This document shows positions 10,078-20,123 of a stretch of 64,000 bases of DNA, piece by piece. The position numbers and the translations under genes were made by a program. The notes beneath the pieces are model-generated. The model was not told where the DNA came from. It did no database searches and was given only the letters and a program-made list of their open reading frames with translations. Numbering within the stretch: position 1 is the stretch's first letter; each line of letters opens with the position of its first letter. The stretch is from Minisyncoccota bacterium (GTDB taxonomy: Bacteria; Patescibacteriota; Minisyncoccia; Phycocordibacterales; JABAAK01), in contig OZ244939.1 in NCBI GenBank assembly GCA_965222235.1, positions 94,041 through 158,040 of the forward strand. The letters are read 5' to 3'.

Positions 10078-11412
10078 TTGACACGATCGTCCACTTCGCT
10101 AATATCAATAAATCCTCATAAATTGGCAGAAAAAATCGCTAATTCAATAAAGAACCTTGATAGTGACGATAGTCTGGCCATTGGTATTGAAAGTAAGTGG
10201 GGTTCTGGAAAAACATCCTTCGTGAATCTGACACTTGAGAGCTTAAAGGAATCGGATCTTTTAATTATAAAGTTTAATCCTTGGAATTTTTCAGATCAAA
10301 ATGAACTCATCAAAGATTTTTTTAACTCAATTGCAAGAGAGCTGAGTCAGTGTGATGAGGATATAAAAAACAAAAATACTAATAAGTATACCGCAAACCC
10401 CGTTGATTTGATAAGAAGATATTATGTCAAATTACTAAAACGATCAGAAATAACAGTAACGGGATTTAGTTTTTTGTGGTTTAATTTTAGTTTTGGTAAA
10501 AAATCTGAATTTCATGATAGTACTCCATTAGAGAAACAGAAAGAGGAGATTAACGGGACTCTAAAAAACGCAGGGAAACGAATAGTGATTGTTATTGATG
10601 ACATTGACAGATTAGATAAAGAAGAAACGAAGACTGTTTTTAAATTGGTAAAAAATACTGCAAGGTTTAGTAATATAACCTTTCTTCTGACTTATGATAG
10701 AAGAAGAGTGTGTAAGCAAGTGAGTGATGAAGAAGTTGATGGGGAGGAGTACTTGAAGAAAATTATACAAATGAGATTTCCTTTGCCAAAGCCGGAGAAA
10801 CAATACCTGTTCAATATTCTTTTTGCAAGAATTGATTCTGTTATAGATGTGGACAAAAATGATATAGTGCGGTTGCAGCGTCTTTTTCATTCCGGTTTCA
10901 AAAATCTTTTCCCCACCGTTCGTGATATAAAGAGATATATAAACAGCATAAGACTTGATTTGGCGGCGATAGGGAGAGAAGAGATAAATCCTGTTGATTT
11001 TTTGGGTGTTGGAGCCATCAGAGTATTCGCCCCTGCCATCTATCAATCCATGGTTGATGAAAAAGATGCTTTTATCGGCCTTGATAGTGGTTTTATAAAT
11101 GATCCTAACCGAAGTGAAGAGCGGGAAAAGAGAAAAAATATCTGTGAAAACATAATAGCGGAAAAATCTCCCGAAGGATTATCTGATATTGTCAAAACAA
11201 TAATTCATGAACTTTTTCCTCAATGCAGATCTCTTTACTCCAACACACATTATGGTCCTGATTGGGAGTCAGAATGGAGAAAGGAGTTGAGAGTTTGTTC
11301 CAAACATTTTTTTGATAGATATTTCTCACTTTCTGTCCCTTCAACATCTGTCTCAGAAAATACCATAAATGATCTTTTAAGGAATATCAACAGTAGGGGG
11401 AAGATTCACTAA
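10078..11412 (+). CDS. KAP-family P-loop NTPase (N-terminal part)
   Basis: Walker A GIESKWGSGKTSF and the KAP signature IKFNPWNF. Walker B VIVIDDIDRL. Confidence 0.6.
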   Translation: MTRSSTSLISINPHKLAEKIANSIKNLDSDDSLAIGIESKWGSGKTSFVNLTLESLKESDLLIIKFNPWNFSDQNELIKDFFNSIARELSQCDEDIKNKNTNKYTANPVDLIRRYYVKLLKRSEITVTGFSFLWFNFSFGKKSEFHDSTPLEKQKEEINGTLKNAGKRIVIVIDDIDRLDKEETKTVFKLVKNTARFSNITFLLTYDRRRVCKQVSDEEVDGEEYLKKIIQMRFPLPKPEKQYLFNILFARIDSVIDVDKNDIVRLQRLFHSGFKNLFPTVRDIKRYINSIRLDLAAIGREEINPVDFLGVGAIRVFAPAIYQSMVDEKDAFIGLDSGFINDPNRSEEREKRKNICENIIAEKSPEGLSDIVKTIIHELFPQCRSLYSNTHYGPDWESEWRKELRVCSKHFFDRYFSLSVPSTSVSENTINDLLRNINSRGKIH

Positions 11413-11416
11413 AAAA

Positions 11417-12163
11417 TTGAAAGAGTTTGAAGAGGACAAGATGTACTCTGTATTTGATCGCCTTTCTGATCACACAGATAGTTTAGACGATCAGGAGCTT
11501 CAAAATTTAATTTTGGGAATATTTGATGCTGCCGATCATGTGGAAGATTTGGGAGAAATAAGATTTGATTTTCAGAATATTGATACAAAAGCAATGCTGA
11601 TTGCCCATGAAACCTTGAAAAAGGTTCAGAAAGAAAAAAGATTTGATTTGATTTCCAAAATCCTTAATGTACAAGAAATATATTTTTCTTGCGCATTATT
11701 AATATTTCACTTGAACAAGGAGTTTGAGGATTCTAAGGGAAGAAATTCAGGAGAATCTCCAACATTAACAGGGGATGAGGTTAATAATCTGAAAAGCGTT
11801 TTTATTAAAAAAATAAAAGAGCAGGCAAAAAATGGTTCGTTGGCTAACAGCAAAAATCTTCCATATTTCCTTTACAGATGGAAAGAATGGGGTTTAGAGA
11901 AAGAGGTAAGAAAGTATGTAAAAGAATTATCACAAACAGATGAAGGGTTGTTGATTCTGCTTGAGAAGTTTGAGTCAGTTTCAACTGAAACAAGCAATGA
12001 GGGGACAAAAACGATCAAGAGAGTCGACAAAGAGTCAATCGGACGACCTAATAGATCCTCTTTCTTTGTTTCTATTGGATTGTCTGAAATCATAATTTCC
12101 ATGATACTAGATTATCCTTATCAAGGCACAACATTCCCACCTTTGTTCTTTTTGCTCCGCTAA
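11417..12163 (+). CDS. hypothetical protein. It may be the C-terminal remainder of a split KAP NTPase.
   Basis: It starts 4 nt after the 10078..11412 stop, in the +1 frame, with a TTG start. KAP NTPases are normally 600-900 aa, so 444+248 aa would fit a disrupted single gene. Confidence 0.3.
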   Translation: MKEFEEDKMYSVFDRLSDHTDSLDDQELQNLILGIFDAADHVEDLGEIRFDFQNIDTKAMLIAHETLKKVQKEKRFDLISKILNVQEIYFSCALLIFHLNKEFEDSKGRNSGESPTLTGDEVNNLKSVFIKKIKEQAKNGSLANSKNLPYFLYRWKEWGLEKEVRKYVKELSQTDEGLLILLEKFESVSTETSNEGTKTIKRVDKESIGRPNRSSFFVSIGLSEIIISMILDYPYQGTTFPPLFFLLR

Positions 12164-12441
12164 TGCTCCGCAAAAAGTCTAAAGGTGGGAAAACGAAGCG
12201 AAACAGACACACCGAGCCAAAAAGTGAAAAAATAAAATGGTGGTGCGTAAGCACGCCCGTCTTATTTTTGAACGAGCGAGGTGTTGTCTGTGAAGCGAAG
12301 TGGTACTCGTTATACTACTGAGCGCGTCTCGCGCCTTTCTGAGCGCACGGAGGATTGACACGCAACAGGGTGGAGTGCGGATCCGGAGTAAGCAGAGCGA
12401 TAGGGCGCTGTGGTGTTTGGAGCGTACGAGGTATCTTCATG

Positions 12442-12515
12442 TGCTGAGGGTGGGACTCGAACCCACGACCCTTCGCTCTTCAGGCGAATGCTCTAGCCAA
12501 CTGAGCTACCTCAGC
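12442..12515 (-). tRNA. tRNA-Phe (GAA)
   Basis: Reverse complement GCTGAGGTAGCTCAGTTGGCTAGAGCATTCGCCTGAAGAGCGAAGGGTCGTGGGTTCGAGTCCCACCCTCAGCA. Cloverleaf with anticodon loop CTGAAGA. Confidence 0.85.
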
Positions 12516-12544
12516 GATATCGGGCAGTATACACTATTCCGCAT

Positions 12545-12835
12545 TCAGTTAATAGTCTCTTTTAACTTATCAAACGCATCAATCGTGTTTTTGACTTCTG
12601 ATATAAGTATCGTTGTTTTGTCCCTAATTTCAATTACCGTCTCTTTGTATTCTGTATACAGATAGTATCCGAATCCGGAAACGAACAGAGTTACACACAG
12701 AAATACGAATGTTTTCATATGACGCATGGCTCTCTCGGAGCGGAGCATGCGGTTATTCTCTTTCGTGAGACGCGTCAGCTTATCAACTTTCCTTTCCAGG
12801 CGGTCAATGTCGTTATTATTCTCTTCCATGTGCAT
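12545..12835 (-). CDS. hypothetical small membrane protein
   Basis: 96 aa. Coiled N-terminal part, then one TM helix FVFLCVTLFVSGFGYYLY. Confidence 0.3.
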   Translation of the reverse strand: MHMEENNNDIDRLERKVDKLTRLTKENNRMLRSERAMRHMKTFVFLCVTLFVSGFGYYLYTEYKETVIEIRDKTTILISEVKNTIDAFDKLKETIN

Positions 12836-12853
12836 AGTATACCTGTCTCAGGG

Positions 12854-12926
12854 CCTCCCCGTCAGGATTTGAACCTGAATCTGATCCTTAGGAGGGACCC
12901 GTTCTATCCTATTGAACTACGGGGAG
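12854..12926 (-). tRNA. tRNA-Arg (CCT)
   Basis: Reverse complement CTCCCCGTAGTTCAATAGGATAGAACGGGTCCCTCCTAAGGATCAGATTCAGGTTCAAATCCTGACGGGGAGG. Anticodon loop CTCCTAA. Confidence 0.8.
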
Positions 12927-12932
12927 AGGCGG

Positions 12933-13178
12933 TTATTCAGTTATACCGAGCGCCTCCATCACCTTCTGCTTATCAAAGCCGACAATCATTTCAGTATTAT
13001 CTATGAACATAACCGGCACACCGAGCTGCTGGCTTCGTTCGGTCAACTCCTTCCTCTTTTCTTCATCAGCAGTAACATCGTACTCGGTGTATGCGATTGA
13101 CCGCTCGTCCAGAAAGTTTTTCAGATCCTTGCAGAAATGACAGCCTGGGGATGTGTATATTTCTATTTTTTTATCCAT
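12933..13178 (-). CDS. glutaredoxin-like protein (NrdH/Grx family)
   Basis: 81 aa. CxxC active site SPGCHFCKD near the N-terminus. Thioredoxin-fold length. Confidence 0.7.
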   Translation of the reverse strand: MDKKIEIYTSPGCHFCKDLKNFLDERSIAYTEYDVTADEEKRKELTERSQQLGVPVMFIDNTEMIVGFDKQKVMEALGITE

Positions 13179-13230
13179 GTCTCTTTGTTGTATTTTTTAA
13201 TACACCTGTACTATACCACACCGAACAGGG

Positions 13231-13563
13231 TCACTGTTCAATCACTTTGAAGTCCTCATTTTCGGTGTACACCTTGTTTTTTACTCCCGGCGCATGCGAT
13301 CCGACTATCGCAATGCTGTGTATGGGTACGGTTTCGGATGCTTCGCCGGCAATATTTCCGGCGTATTGTTTCCGCAGATTTATCTCTTCCAGCTTCCGTT
13401 TCCACTCCTTTTGATTCTCAAATACCCGCCACGTATTATGCAGATGTTCCCCGCTTATCTTCCATGCGTAGATGGAGGTACTGAGATTAAACACACTGAA
13501 CACCAAAAAGAAAACGACGAAGATGCTGATTATCCATATGCCTTTTATATTCTTTCTGTGCAT
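13231..13563 (-). CDS. hypothetical membrane protein
   Basis: 110 aa. N-terminal TM helix IWIISIFVVFFLVFSVF. Confidence 0.3.
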   Translation of the reverse strand: MHRKNIKGIWIISIFVVFFLVFSVFNLSTSIYAWKISGEHLHNTWRVFENQKEWKRKLEEINLRKQYAGNIAGEASETVPIHSIAIVGSHAPGVKNKVYTENEDFKVIEQ

Positions 13564-13704
13564 ACACCCTATGGTATAGTATATACCTATATGAGAAACC
13601 TTCGTGATGTTTTCAAAAAAACCGTCGTGTGGGGTATTGTTTCTCTGGTCATCATTGCCTTCGTGGTGACATCAATGCCGGGAATTATATAGACAATGCG
13701 CCGG

Positions 13705-15507
13705 CTACCCCGATCTCTTCTGAATGACCTTTAGGAATGTGTCATGCGGAACAGTGACCTTACCGACGGCGCCCATTTTCTGTTTCCCCTTCTTCTGCTT
13801 CTCCCGCAGCTTCATTTTTCTGGTAATATCACCGCCGTAGAGTTTTGCAGTAACATCTTTTCTCAGCGCCGGCAGCGTTTTTGAGGCGATAATCTTGCCG
13901 TCTATTTTCGCCTGTATCTTCACCGTGAACAGTGTTCTTGGCACGGTCTCGTGGAGAATGCCGACAAATTCACGCGCTTCCCGTTCGGCATGTGTTCGGG
14001 AAACAATACTGGAAAACGCGGGGAACAGTTCCTCGGCGAGCAGAATATCCAGGCGGGCGACGTCGGACGGACGGTTTTCAATTCTTCTGTACGACAGCGA
14101 CGCATAGCCGGAACTGATGCTTTTCAGCCGATCAAAAAAACGGCGCATGAGTTCCCGGAGCGGCATCTCGCCCTCCATAACACAGCGGTTATTGTTAAAG
14201 TCCCGCACACTGTTGATGTATCCTTCGTATTCGGAAAATAGGCGCGATACCGCGGATACATACTCCCCGGGCATGATAATTGACACGACAACCCACGGCT
14301 CTGTCACTGATTGAATGTCATTACGATCAGGAAATTTTGCCGCCGTGGTCACCGTGCGGACCTCCCCTTTTCTGTCCGTTATGATATAGTCGGTGCTCGG
14401 CGAGGTAATGATGAGATCCACATGCGCCTCCCTGCGAATCCGTTCGGTGATAATTTCAAGATGCAGCATACCCAAAAATCCGCAGCGGAATCCCTTGCCG
14501 AGCGCGGTTGACTGTTCTTCTTCGTAGGTGAACGCGGCGTCAGACAGGCGCATCTGTTTCAGTGTATGAAGCAGCGCGGTGTGGTTATCGGCCGACTGCG
14601 GATACAGCGACGCCCAGACAACCGGCTTCATCTCCCGGTATCCGGGAAATGACGCAACGGCTGCATGTACATGGGCTATGGTATCACCGACTACGGCAAT
14701 CCCCGGTTCCTTGATGCCGGTCGTGAAATAGCCGATCATTCCTCCGTGCAGTTCGCCGGTCGGGGTGATGTCCGGCTTGAATATGCCGATGCTCTTGAGA
14801 ATAAATGGCGCCCGCACCTCACGCATCACGAGGCGATCACCCTCTTTGAATGAACCGCTGAATATCCGTGCATATGCGTTTATCCCCGTGTGGGTGGTAT
14901 AGGAGAAGTCAAAGACCAGCGCCCGGGCTTCTGTTCCCTCTTCCGGCTGCGGGGGCCTGATACCGTCCACCACCGCATTAAGCAGATCATGCACCCCCTC
15001 GCCTGTTTTTCCCGACACCAGATGTATATCCTCCTTAGCACACCCAAGCAGATCCGTCACCTCCCTGGAAATGTCGCCGACGCGCGCGTGATCCATATCT
15101 ATTTTTGAGAGCACGGGTATAACGGTGAGGTCAAGGTCCCGTGCCATATCCAGCACCGCCACGGTCTGCGCCTGCACGCCCTGGGTCGCGTCAACGAGCA
15201 GAATGACCCCCTCCACCGCCCGCAGCGAACGGGACACTTCGTATGAAAAATCAATATGACCGGGTGTGTCTATGATATTGAGGGTATATGCCGTACCGTC
15301 CTTTGTATGCGTGACGGACACCGGCTGCATCTTTATCGTAATTCCCCGCTCGCGTTCCAGCTCCATTCGGTCAAGCACCTGCTCTTTCATCTGCCGCTTG
15401 TCTATCGTCCCGGTGTATTCAAGTATTCTGTCGGCAAGTGTTGATTTTCCGTGGTCAACATGGGCGATGATTGAGATATTCCGTATAGTGTTCATGTATG
15501 TCATCAT
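13705..15507 (-). CDS. lepA: translation elongation factor 4 (LepA)
   Basis: 600 aa. G1 AHVDHGKST, G3 DTPGH. Characteristic LepA C-terminal region. Confidence 0.9.
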   Translation of the reverse strand: MMTYMNTIRNISIIAHVDHGKSTLADRILEYTGTIDKRQMKEQVLDRMELERERGITIKMQPVSVTHTKDGTAYTLNIIDTPGHIDFSYEVSRSLRAVEGVILLVDATQGVQAQTVAVLDMARDLDLTVIPVLSKIDMDHARVGDISREVTDLLGCAKEDIHLVSGKTGEGVHDLLNAVVDGIRPPQPEEGTEARALVFDFSYTTHTGINAYARIFSGSFKEGDRLVMREVRAPFILKSIGIFKPDITPTGELHGGMIGYFTTGIKEPGIAVVGDTIAHVHAAVASFPGYREMKPVVWASLYPQSADNHTALLHTLKQMRLSDAAFTYEEEQSTALGKGFRCGFLGMLHLEIITERIRREAHVDLIITSPSTDYIITDRKGEVRTVTTAAKFPDRNDIQSVTEPWVVVSIIMPGEYVSAVSRLFSEYEGYINSVRDFNNNRCVMEGEMPLRELMRRFFDRLKSISSGYASLSYRRIENRPSDVARLDILLAEELFPAFSSIVSRTHAEREAREFVGILHETVPRTLFTVKIQAKIDGKIIASKTLPALRKDVTAKLYGGDITRKMKLREKQKKGKQKMGAVGKVTVPHDTFLKVIQKRSG

Positions 15508-15534
15508 ACCGCACCCCGCGGTTCCCGGATATCC

Positions 15535-15906
15535 CTACCACACCCTGAGCAGCATGCCGAGTATCTCAACGATGCCGTATAAGAAGATGATATAGAAGGC
15601 GGTGCCGACAATGAACGCCAGGGCGATGATATTGATAATCTCATTCTTCCGTTTCTTCGCATCATCCAGCGTGCAGATGTTCTTTTTCCTTCTGAGATAC
15701 GAGATGATAAAGACAAGCAGAGCGATCGCGCCGGCACCGCGAAACAGCCACTTGTACTCGCCGTAAAGCACATCGGCAATCTCACCGGCAACGCTGACCG
15801 ACACAACGCCAAGTGACAAAAGGATAATCGGGGACAGGCAGCAGAGCGACGCGATAATAGCGGGCACTGTGCCCAGTTTCACAATGTCCCGTATATCCCG
15901 CTTCAT
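15535..15906 (-). CDS. hypothetical integral membrane protein
   Basis: 123 aa. Three predicted TM helices. Confidence 0.35.
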   Translation of the reverse strand: MKRDIRDIVKLGTVPAIIASLCCLSPIILLSLGVVSVSVAGEIADVLYGEYKWLFRGAGAIALLVFIISYLRRKKNICTLDDAKKRKNEIINIIALAFIVGTAFYIIFLYGIVEILGMLLRVW

Positions 15907-15927
15907 ATCGTATCAGTATACCCCGCC

Positions 15928-16242
15928 TTATACCGTGTTAATCCGTACCCTGCAGAACGGCTGCCGGTGTCCGTAGTGGCGCCGGTAGTTTGATTTTGAC
16001 CGGAACCGGATGACCGGAATCTTTTTTTTCCTGCCGACTTTTTCAATAACACCGCTCACCTTCTTCCCTTTGATGTACGGCGCGCCGATATCCGTCTTAG
16101 TGCCGTCATCAAATAAAAGCACCCTGTCAAAATCAACGGAGCCCCCCTCTTTACAGGAATCCATAATTTCAATATCAATAACCGTGTTTGTGCTGACGCA
16201 GTACTGCTTTCCGCCCGTCTCTATGACTGCAAAATTACTCAT
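15928..16242 (-). CDS. rplU: 50S ribosomal protein L21
   Basis: 104 aa. MSNFAVIETGGKQY N-terminal signature of bL21. Confidence 0.85.
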   Translation of the reverse strand: MSNFAVIETGGKQYCVSTNTVIDIEIMDSCKEGGSVDFDRVLLFDDGTKTDIGAPYIKGKKVSGVIEKVGRKKKIPVIRFRSKSNYRRHYGHRQPFCRVRINTV

Positions 16243-16273
16243 GTCTCTATGGTACTACGACCATGTTCCTTTT

Positions 16274-17524
16274 TCAAGACCCCCAGTGTTTTTCCTGCCG
16301 GACGAGCAGGCGGGCATCCCCGGGCTGCGCGAGCAGCTGTTTTACCACCCGCTCAATATGCGCAACCTGTGATCCTTTGCAGAGAAACACCGTATCCGCA
16401 TCGGCAATGTCCCTGCTCGCCGCCGCCGCCTCATGTGCGGATGCGCAGTGCGCCATATTCGGTCCGTCTCCGTAGCCGGCAGTACCGACTTCAATAACGG
16501 TATCGGCGATATCCCGCGCCCGCACTCCGACATCCCGGTGCAGATCGGATGAGTGTTTCCCGATTTGTGCCATTACACCGAGCACCGCCACCTTCTTCGG
16601 CATATTCAGTTGTTTCAGTGTATGCAGCGCCTCTTCCATGGCGACAGGAGAAGCGTTATAACTGTCGTCAAGGATGACGCTGCCGTTAAGGCCTCTGAGG
16701 ATGCGCATTCTTCCGGGTGTCGGCGGCCGTGAAGCGATCCCCTTGCGCATGTCCGAAACGGCTATGCCGGGAAGTACACAGCGTGCGGCCGCAACGGCCG
16801 CCGCCATGGACTGCACCACGCCGGTGCCGAGCACCTCGGGGATGTAGAACGGTTCGCGGACTCCGTCAAGCACAAGCACCGCATCGGTGCCCGTCGGACG
16901 ATTGGTGTCATAGTGAATGCCTGTTTCAGCAACGGATACTGTGTTGCCGTTGAAATCTGTCAGTTTAATATTCTTCGGCAGATCGTTACAGTATCTTTTC
17001 TGCACCGCATCCTCTGCGTTGTACACCGCGCATCCGCCCGGTTTTGTCGCCCGCAGAACGGACATCTTTTCCCGGTATATTTCGTCTTTGTTTGAAAAAT
17101 GTTCCAGATGGACCGGATGTTCCGGCAATCGTGTCATCACGCTCACATCGGGCTTCAGCCATGCGGTGATGGTGGCTATATCTCCCGGATATTCAAGTCC
17201 GACCTCAAGTACAATATATTTCGGCAGGCCGATGACTGTTTTAACCATGGCGGCACCCATGATATATATCCATGTGAACGGATTATGCATGCCGGTCGGC
17301 AGATCAAATATACTCAGCGGCACACCGATGTCGCTGTTATAGCTCTTGCGGCTGGCACGCACCGGCACCCCCGTCTCGCGAAGCATCGCCGCCAGCATAT
17401 CCTTGGTTGTCGTCTTTCCCACGCTCCCGGTGACGGCTATGACGGTCGGTCGGTGCAGCGTAATTGCCGCGCGCGCCAGTGCGGTAAGTGCGGCTATGAC
17501 GATTCGCCTGAGTACCTTTTTCAT
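16274..17524 (-). CDS. murF: Mur ligase family protein, MurF-like, lacking the usual N-terminal domain
   Basis: P-loop VIAVTGSVGKTTT lies only about 30 aa from the likely start (ATG at 17524, MKKVLRR). MurF-type DDSYNASP motif. Mur ligase C-terminal domain. The longer ORF to 17584 runs into tRNA-Thr. Confidence 0.65.
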   Translation of the reverse strand: MKKVLRRIVIAALTALARAAITLHRPTVIAVTGSVGKTTTKDMLAAMLRETGVPVRASRKSYNSDIGVPLSIFDLPTGMHNPFTWIYIMGAAMVKTVIGLPKYIVLEVGLEYPGDIATITAWLKPDVSVMTRLPEHPVHLEHFSNKDEIYREKMSVLRATKPGGCAVYNAEDAVQKRYCNDLPKNIKLTDFNGNTVSVAETGIHYDTNRPTGTDAVLVLDGVREPFYIPEVLGTGVVQSMAAAVAAARCVLPGIAVSDMRKGIASRPPTPGRMRILRGLNGSVILDDSYNASPVAMEEALHTLKQLNMPKKVAVLGVMAQIGKHSSDLHRDVGVRARDIADTVIEVGTAGYGDGPNMAHCASAHEAAAASRDIADADTVFLCKGSQVAHIERVVKQLLAQPGDARLLVRQEKHWGS

Positions 17525-17546
17525 ATATGCCCAGTGTATAGTATGC

Positions 17547-17621
17547 GGAGCCACCTGTCGGATTTGAACCGACGACCTACGCATTACAAGTGCGTTGCTC
17601 TACCAACTGAGCTAAGGTGGC
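17547..17621 (-). tRNA. tRNA-Thr (TGT)
   Basis: Reverse complement GCCACCTTAGCTCAGTTGGTAGAGCAACGCACTTGTAATGCGTAGGTCGTCGGTTCAAATCCGACAGGTGGCTCC. Confidence 0.8.
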
Positions 17622-17641
17622 ACACCACAATATTACCACAC

Positions 17642-18094
17642 CTACACTAACAGTTCACCGACAATTTTCGCTACTTTTGAGCCGTCCGCCTGTCCCTGCA
17701 GTTTGGACATAACACCCTTCATCAGCAGTCCCTGATTCTTTTTCTCCGATACGCCGAGTTCCTGTTTCGTTTCCTCAACAATGCGCCGGATGTCTTCTTC
17801 GGCCGTCTCCGGCGGGAGATATGTTTCAAGCACCGCACGTTCGGCTTCCTCGGCGGCGGCCTGTTTCTCCTGACCGGCGACGCGGTACTGTTCGGCCGCC
17901 TCGTTCCGCTGCTTCACCTGGCGTTTGAGCACCGCGATGACCTCGGTGTCATCTAATGCCTCCGTCGGTTTCATTTTTTTCTCAACCAGTGCATTTGTGC
18001 AGGCGGCGACCGCCAGCCGCAGCGTCTGCAGACGGACTGCATCCCGGGCCCTCATCGCTTCCCGCATGTCCGATTTCAGTGTGTCGTACAGCAT
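17642..18094 (-). CDS. yqeY: GatB/YqeY-domain protein
   Basis: 150 aa. Yqey-like pattern (AMRARD..RL.TLRL, KRQVKQRNEAAEQY, GLLMKGVMSKL). Confidence 0.75.
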   Translation of the reverse strand: MLYDTLKSDMREAMRARDAVRLQTLRLAVAACTNALVEKKMKPTEALDDTEVIAVLKRQVKQRNEAAEQYRVAGQEKQAAAEEAERAVLETYLPPETAEEDIRRIVEETKQELGVSEKKNQGLLMKGVMSKLQGQADGSKVAKIVGELLV

Positions 18095-18117
18095 ATATAC
18101 GGAGTATACCAGAGAAA

Positions 18118-19137
18118 TTACCCCCCCTCTTCGGTGTGCGGCCTGTCAATCGGTTCCTTGACATATGCGCCCCCTTCTCCCGTGATCTTGTACACATCCT
18201 TGTCAATCAGCGCGTACTGCTGCTCCGCCCTGTTGTAATGGTTCACGGCGGTGCCGAGTGACTTGCCGACACCGTGAAACGCTTTGGTGTATGTCTCAAG
18301 ATGTTTTTTCAGTGACTGCACCTGCGTGATGATTTCTTGCGCATGTTTTTCCACCCTGAACGACCTGAGACCGAGACTGACGGTCTGCAGGTACGCCAGC
18401 AGTGTCGTCGGCGAGACGATGATAACTTTGTGGGCGTTAAAGGCGAACTCAAGCATGTTCTGCCCGTCCCCGCCGATTTTCTGTGTGAGCAGATCGTAGT
18501 ACAGGGCTTCGGACGGTATGAACATAAAGGCATAATCCAGCGTCCCCTCTTCGGGGATGATGTACTTTGCCGTTTCTTTGATGCGCGCCTTGAGATCCTC
18601 CCTCAGCCGCCGCTCAATACTGTCCGGATTGTTCGATTCGCCGCAGAGCAGTTTTGTATAGTTATCAAGAGAGAATTTGGCGTCCATGCTGATAATTTTG
18701 TCGTCCTGCAGGAATATAACCGCGTCCGCCCGGACACCGTTTTTGAATGTGTACTGTGTCGCGTAGCTGTCGGGCGGCAGGACATTGGCGATGACCCGCT
18801 CAAGTATATATTCGCCGACTGCTCCCCGGCGCTGCGGATTCTTCAGCGTCTGTTCCAGCGACTGCAGCTGTTCGGTGAATGAGAGCATTTCCCTGCCCGT
18901 TGACTTTATCTCCGTCAGCTCTCTGGTGAAGGACCGTATTTGTTCCTGCAGTTGTTTCTGCATTGATTCTGTATTCTGATGCAGCCTGGTGTCCAGTGTT
19001 TTCCTCATCTCCTCCAGCCTGGTGTTGACACCTTTCCCGTCACTCTCCGCATCCTCACGCTTTTTCAATGAACGGAGAAACACGGGAGTCACCAGGATAA
19101 TCAGGACGGTGAGCAGCGCGATGATGATACCTTCCAT
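18118..19137 (-). CDS. rmuC: DNA recombination protein RmuC homologue
   Basis: N-terminal TM helix, coiled coil, then the RmuC core (RGAVGEYILE, MDAKFSLDNY, FMFIPSEALYYDLL). Start taken at ATG 19137 (MEGIIIAL). Confidence 0.7.
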   Translation of the reverse strand: MEGIIIALLTVLIILVTPVFLRSLKKREDAESDGKGVNTRLEEMRKTLDTRLHQNTESMQKQLQEQIRSFTRELTEIKSTGREMLSFTEQLQSLEQTLKNPQRRGAVGEYILERVIANVLPPDSYATQYTFKNGVRADAVIFLQDDKIISMDAKFSLDNYTKLLCGESNNPDSIERRLREDLKARIKETAKYIIPEEGTLDYAFMFIPSEALYYDLLTQKIGGDGQNMLEFAFNAHKVIIVSPTTLLAYLQTVSLGLRSFRVEKHAQEIITQVQSLKKHLETYTKAFHGVGKSLGTAVNHYNRAEQQYALIDKDVYKITGEGGAYVKEPIDRPHTEEGG

Positions 19138-19424
19138 GTATGCAGTATATCTGAAAATATTACTCCGAACTGCTGTGTCGCTTGTTATATCATTCAGTTG
19201 CCGTGGTATGATACAAAATACGATGCATGATCGCCTTCCACTCGCACTGCTTCCGCTCCTTTCTTTAAATTTGATTAAAAATCCCAAAGCCGCTGTCGGT
19301 CTGTCCATCATTCTCCTGGCACTATATTTCGTGATATATGCAACTCTTATTCCTGATATTGCAGTTTTCTCCGTCTAACAAGAAAAGTGGATGGGGGTAT
19401 GGAGACAGTGCTTGAATTAAAGCA

Positions 19425-20123
19425 TTACTTTGAAAACAATTCGCACGCTTCGCCCACATCAAACAGGTTTCCTCCGTGTCTGTTTGTTTCCACAAAGTAG
19501 TGTCCTTTCAGGTTTGGTAAATTGAAACACAGTACTTCACTGTGGAACAAGATGCCATCAAATACATCTTTCGGAAGGGAAACAATACTTGTTATCTCCG
19601 GATACTCACCGCGTGCAAACTTCATCCATCTCTTACTTACTTCGGTTTGGTTTAATCTAAATCCGTATGGTGTGAACATAACTATCGGCATGTTTTTACC
19701 GAATAACTCTATTGCTTTTTGTAACCATATTTCTGGCAACAATGGTCTGCCACCATAATTTTCTTTTATACACTGTTTCGTCTTTCCATCTATGTTAAAA
19801 GGTGGATTCATAATTACAAGAGAAACATCTTCCTCAACTTTATCACTCGTTAATTCTAAATAATTTAACACTTTTGTTTCTGGGAAACCTTGATCCTCTA
19901 TGTCAACGCCGACAACATCATACCCGCTCTTCTCCCATGGCAATAGGAGTGATCCTCCGCCAACACAAGGATCAAAAATCACTCCATTTTCTTTTTTTAT
20001 GCTTGGTTCCAAAATGTTAAAGAGAAAATCACTCACCTCTATTGGTGTATAGATAGTCGCCTTCTTTTGGGTAGTGTAGAAGTTGTTTCTGTCCACTCGG
20101 TACATACTTGAAGTATACCCCAC
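19425..20123 (-). CDS. gamma-class N6-adenine DNA methyltransferase, small, orphan
   Basis: Motif I FDPCVGGGSLL followed by motif IV NPPF. 232 aa. AT-rich local composition. No nuclease gene adjacent. Confidence 0.65.
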   Translation of the reverse strand: MGYTSSMYRVDRNNFYTTQKKATIYTPIEVSDFLFNILEPSIKKENGVIFDPCVGGGSLLLPWEKSGYDVVGVDIEDQGFPETKVLNYLELTSDKVEEDVSLVIMNPPFNIDGKTKQCIKENYGGRPLLPEIWLQKAIELFGKNMPIVMFTPYGFRLNQTEVSKRWMKFARGEYPEITSIVSLPKDVFDGILFHSEVLCFNLPNLKGHYFVETNRHGGNLFDVGEACELFSK

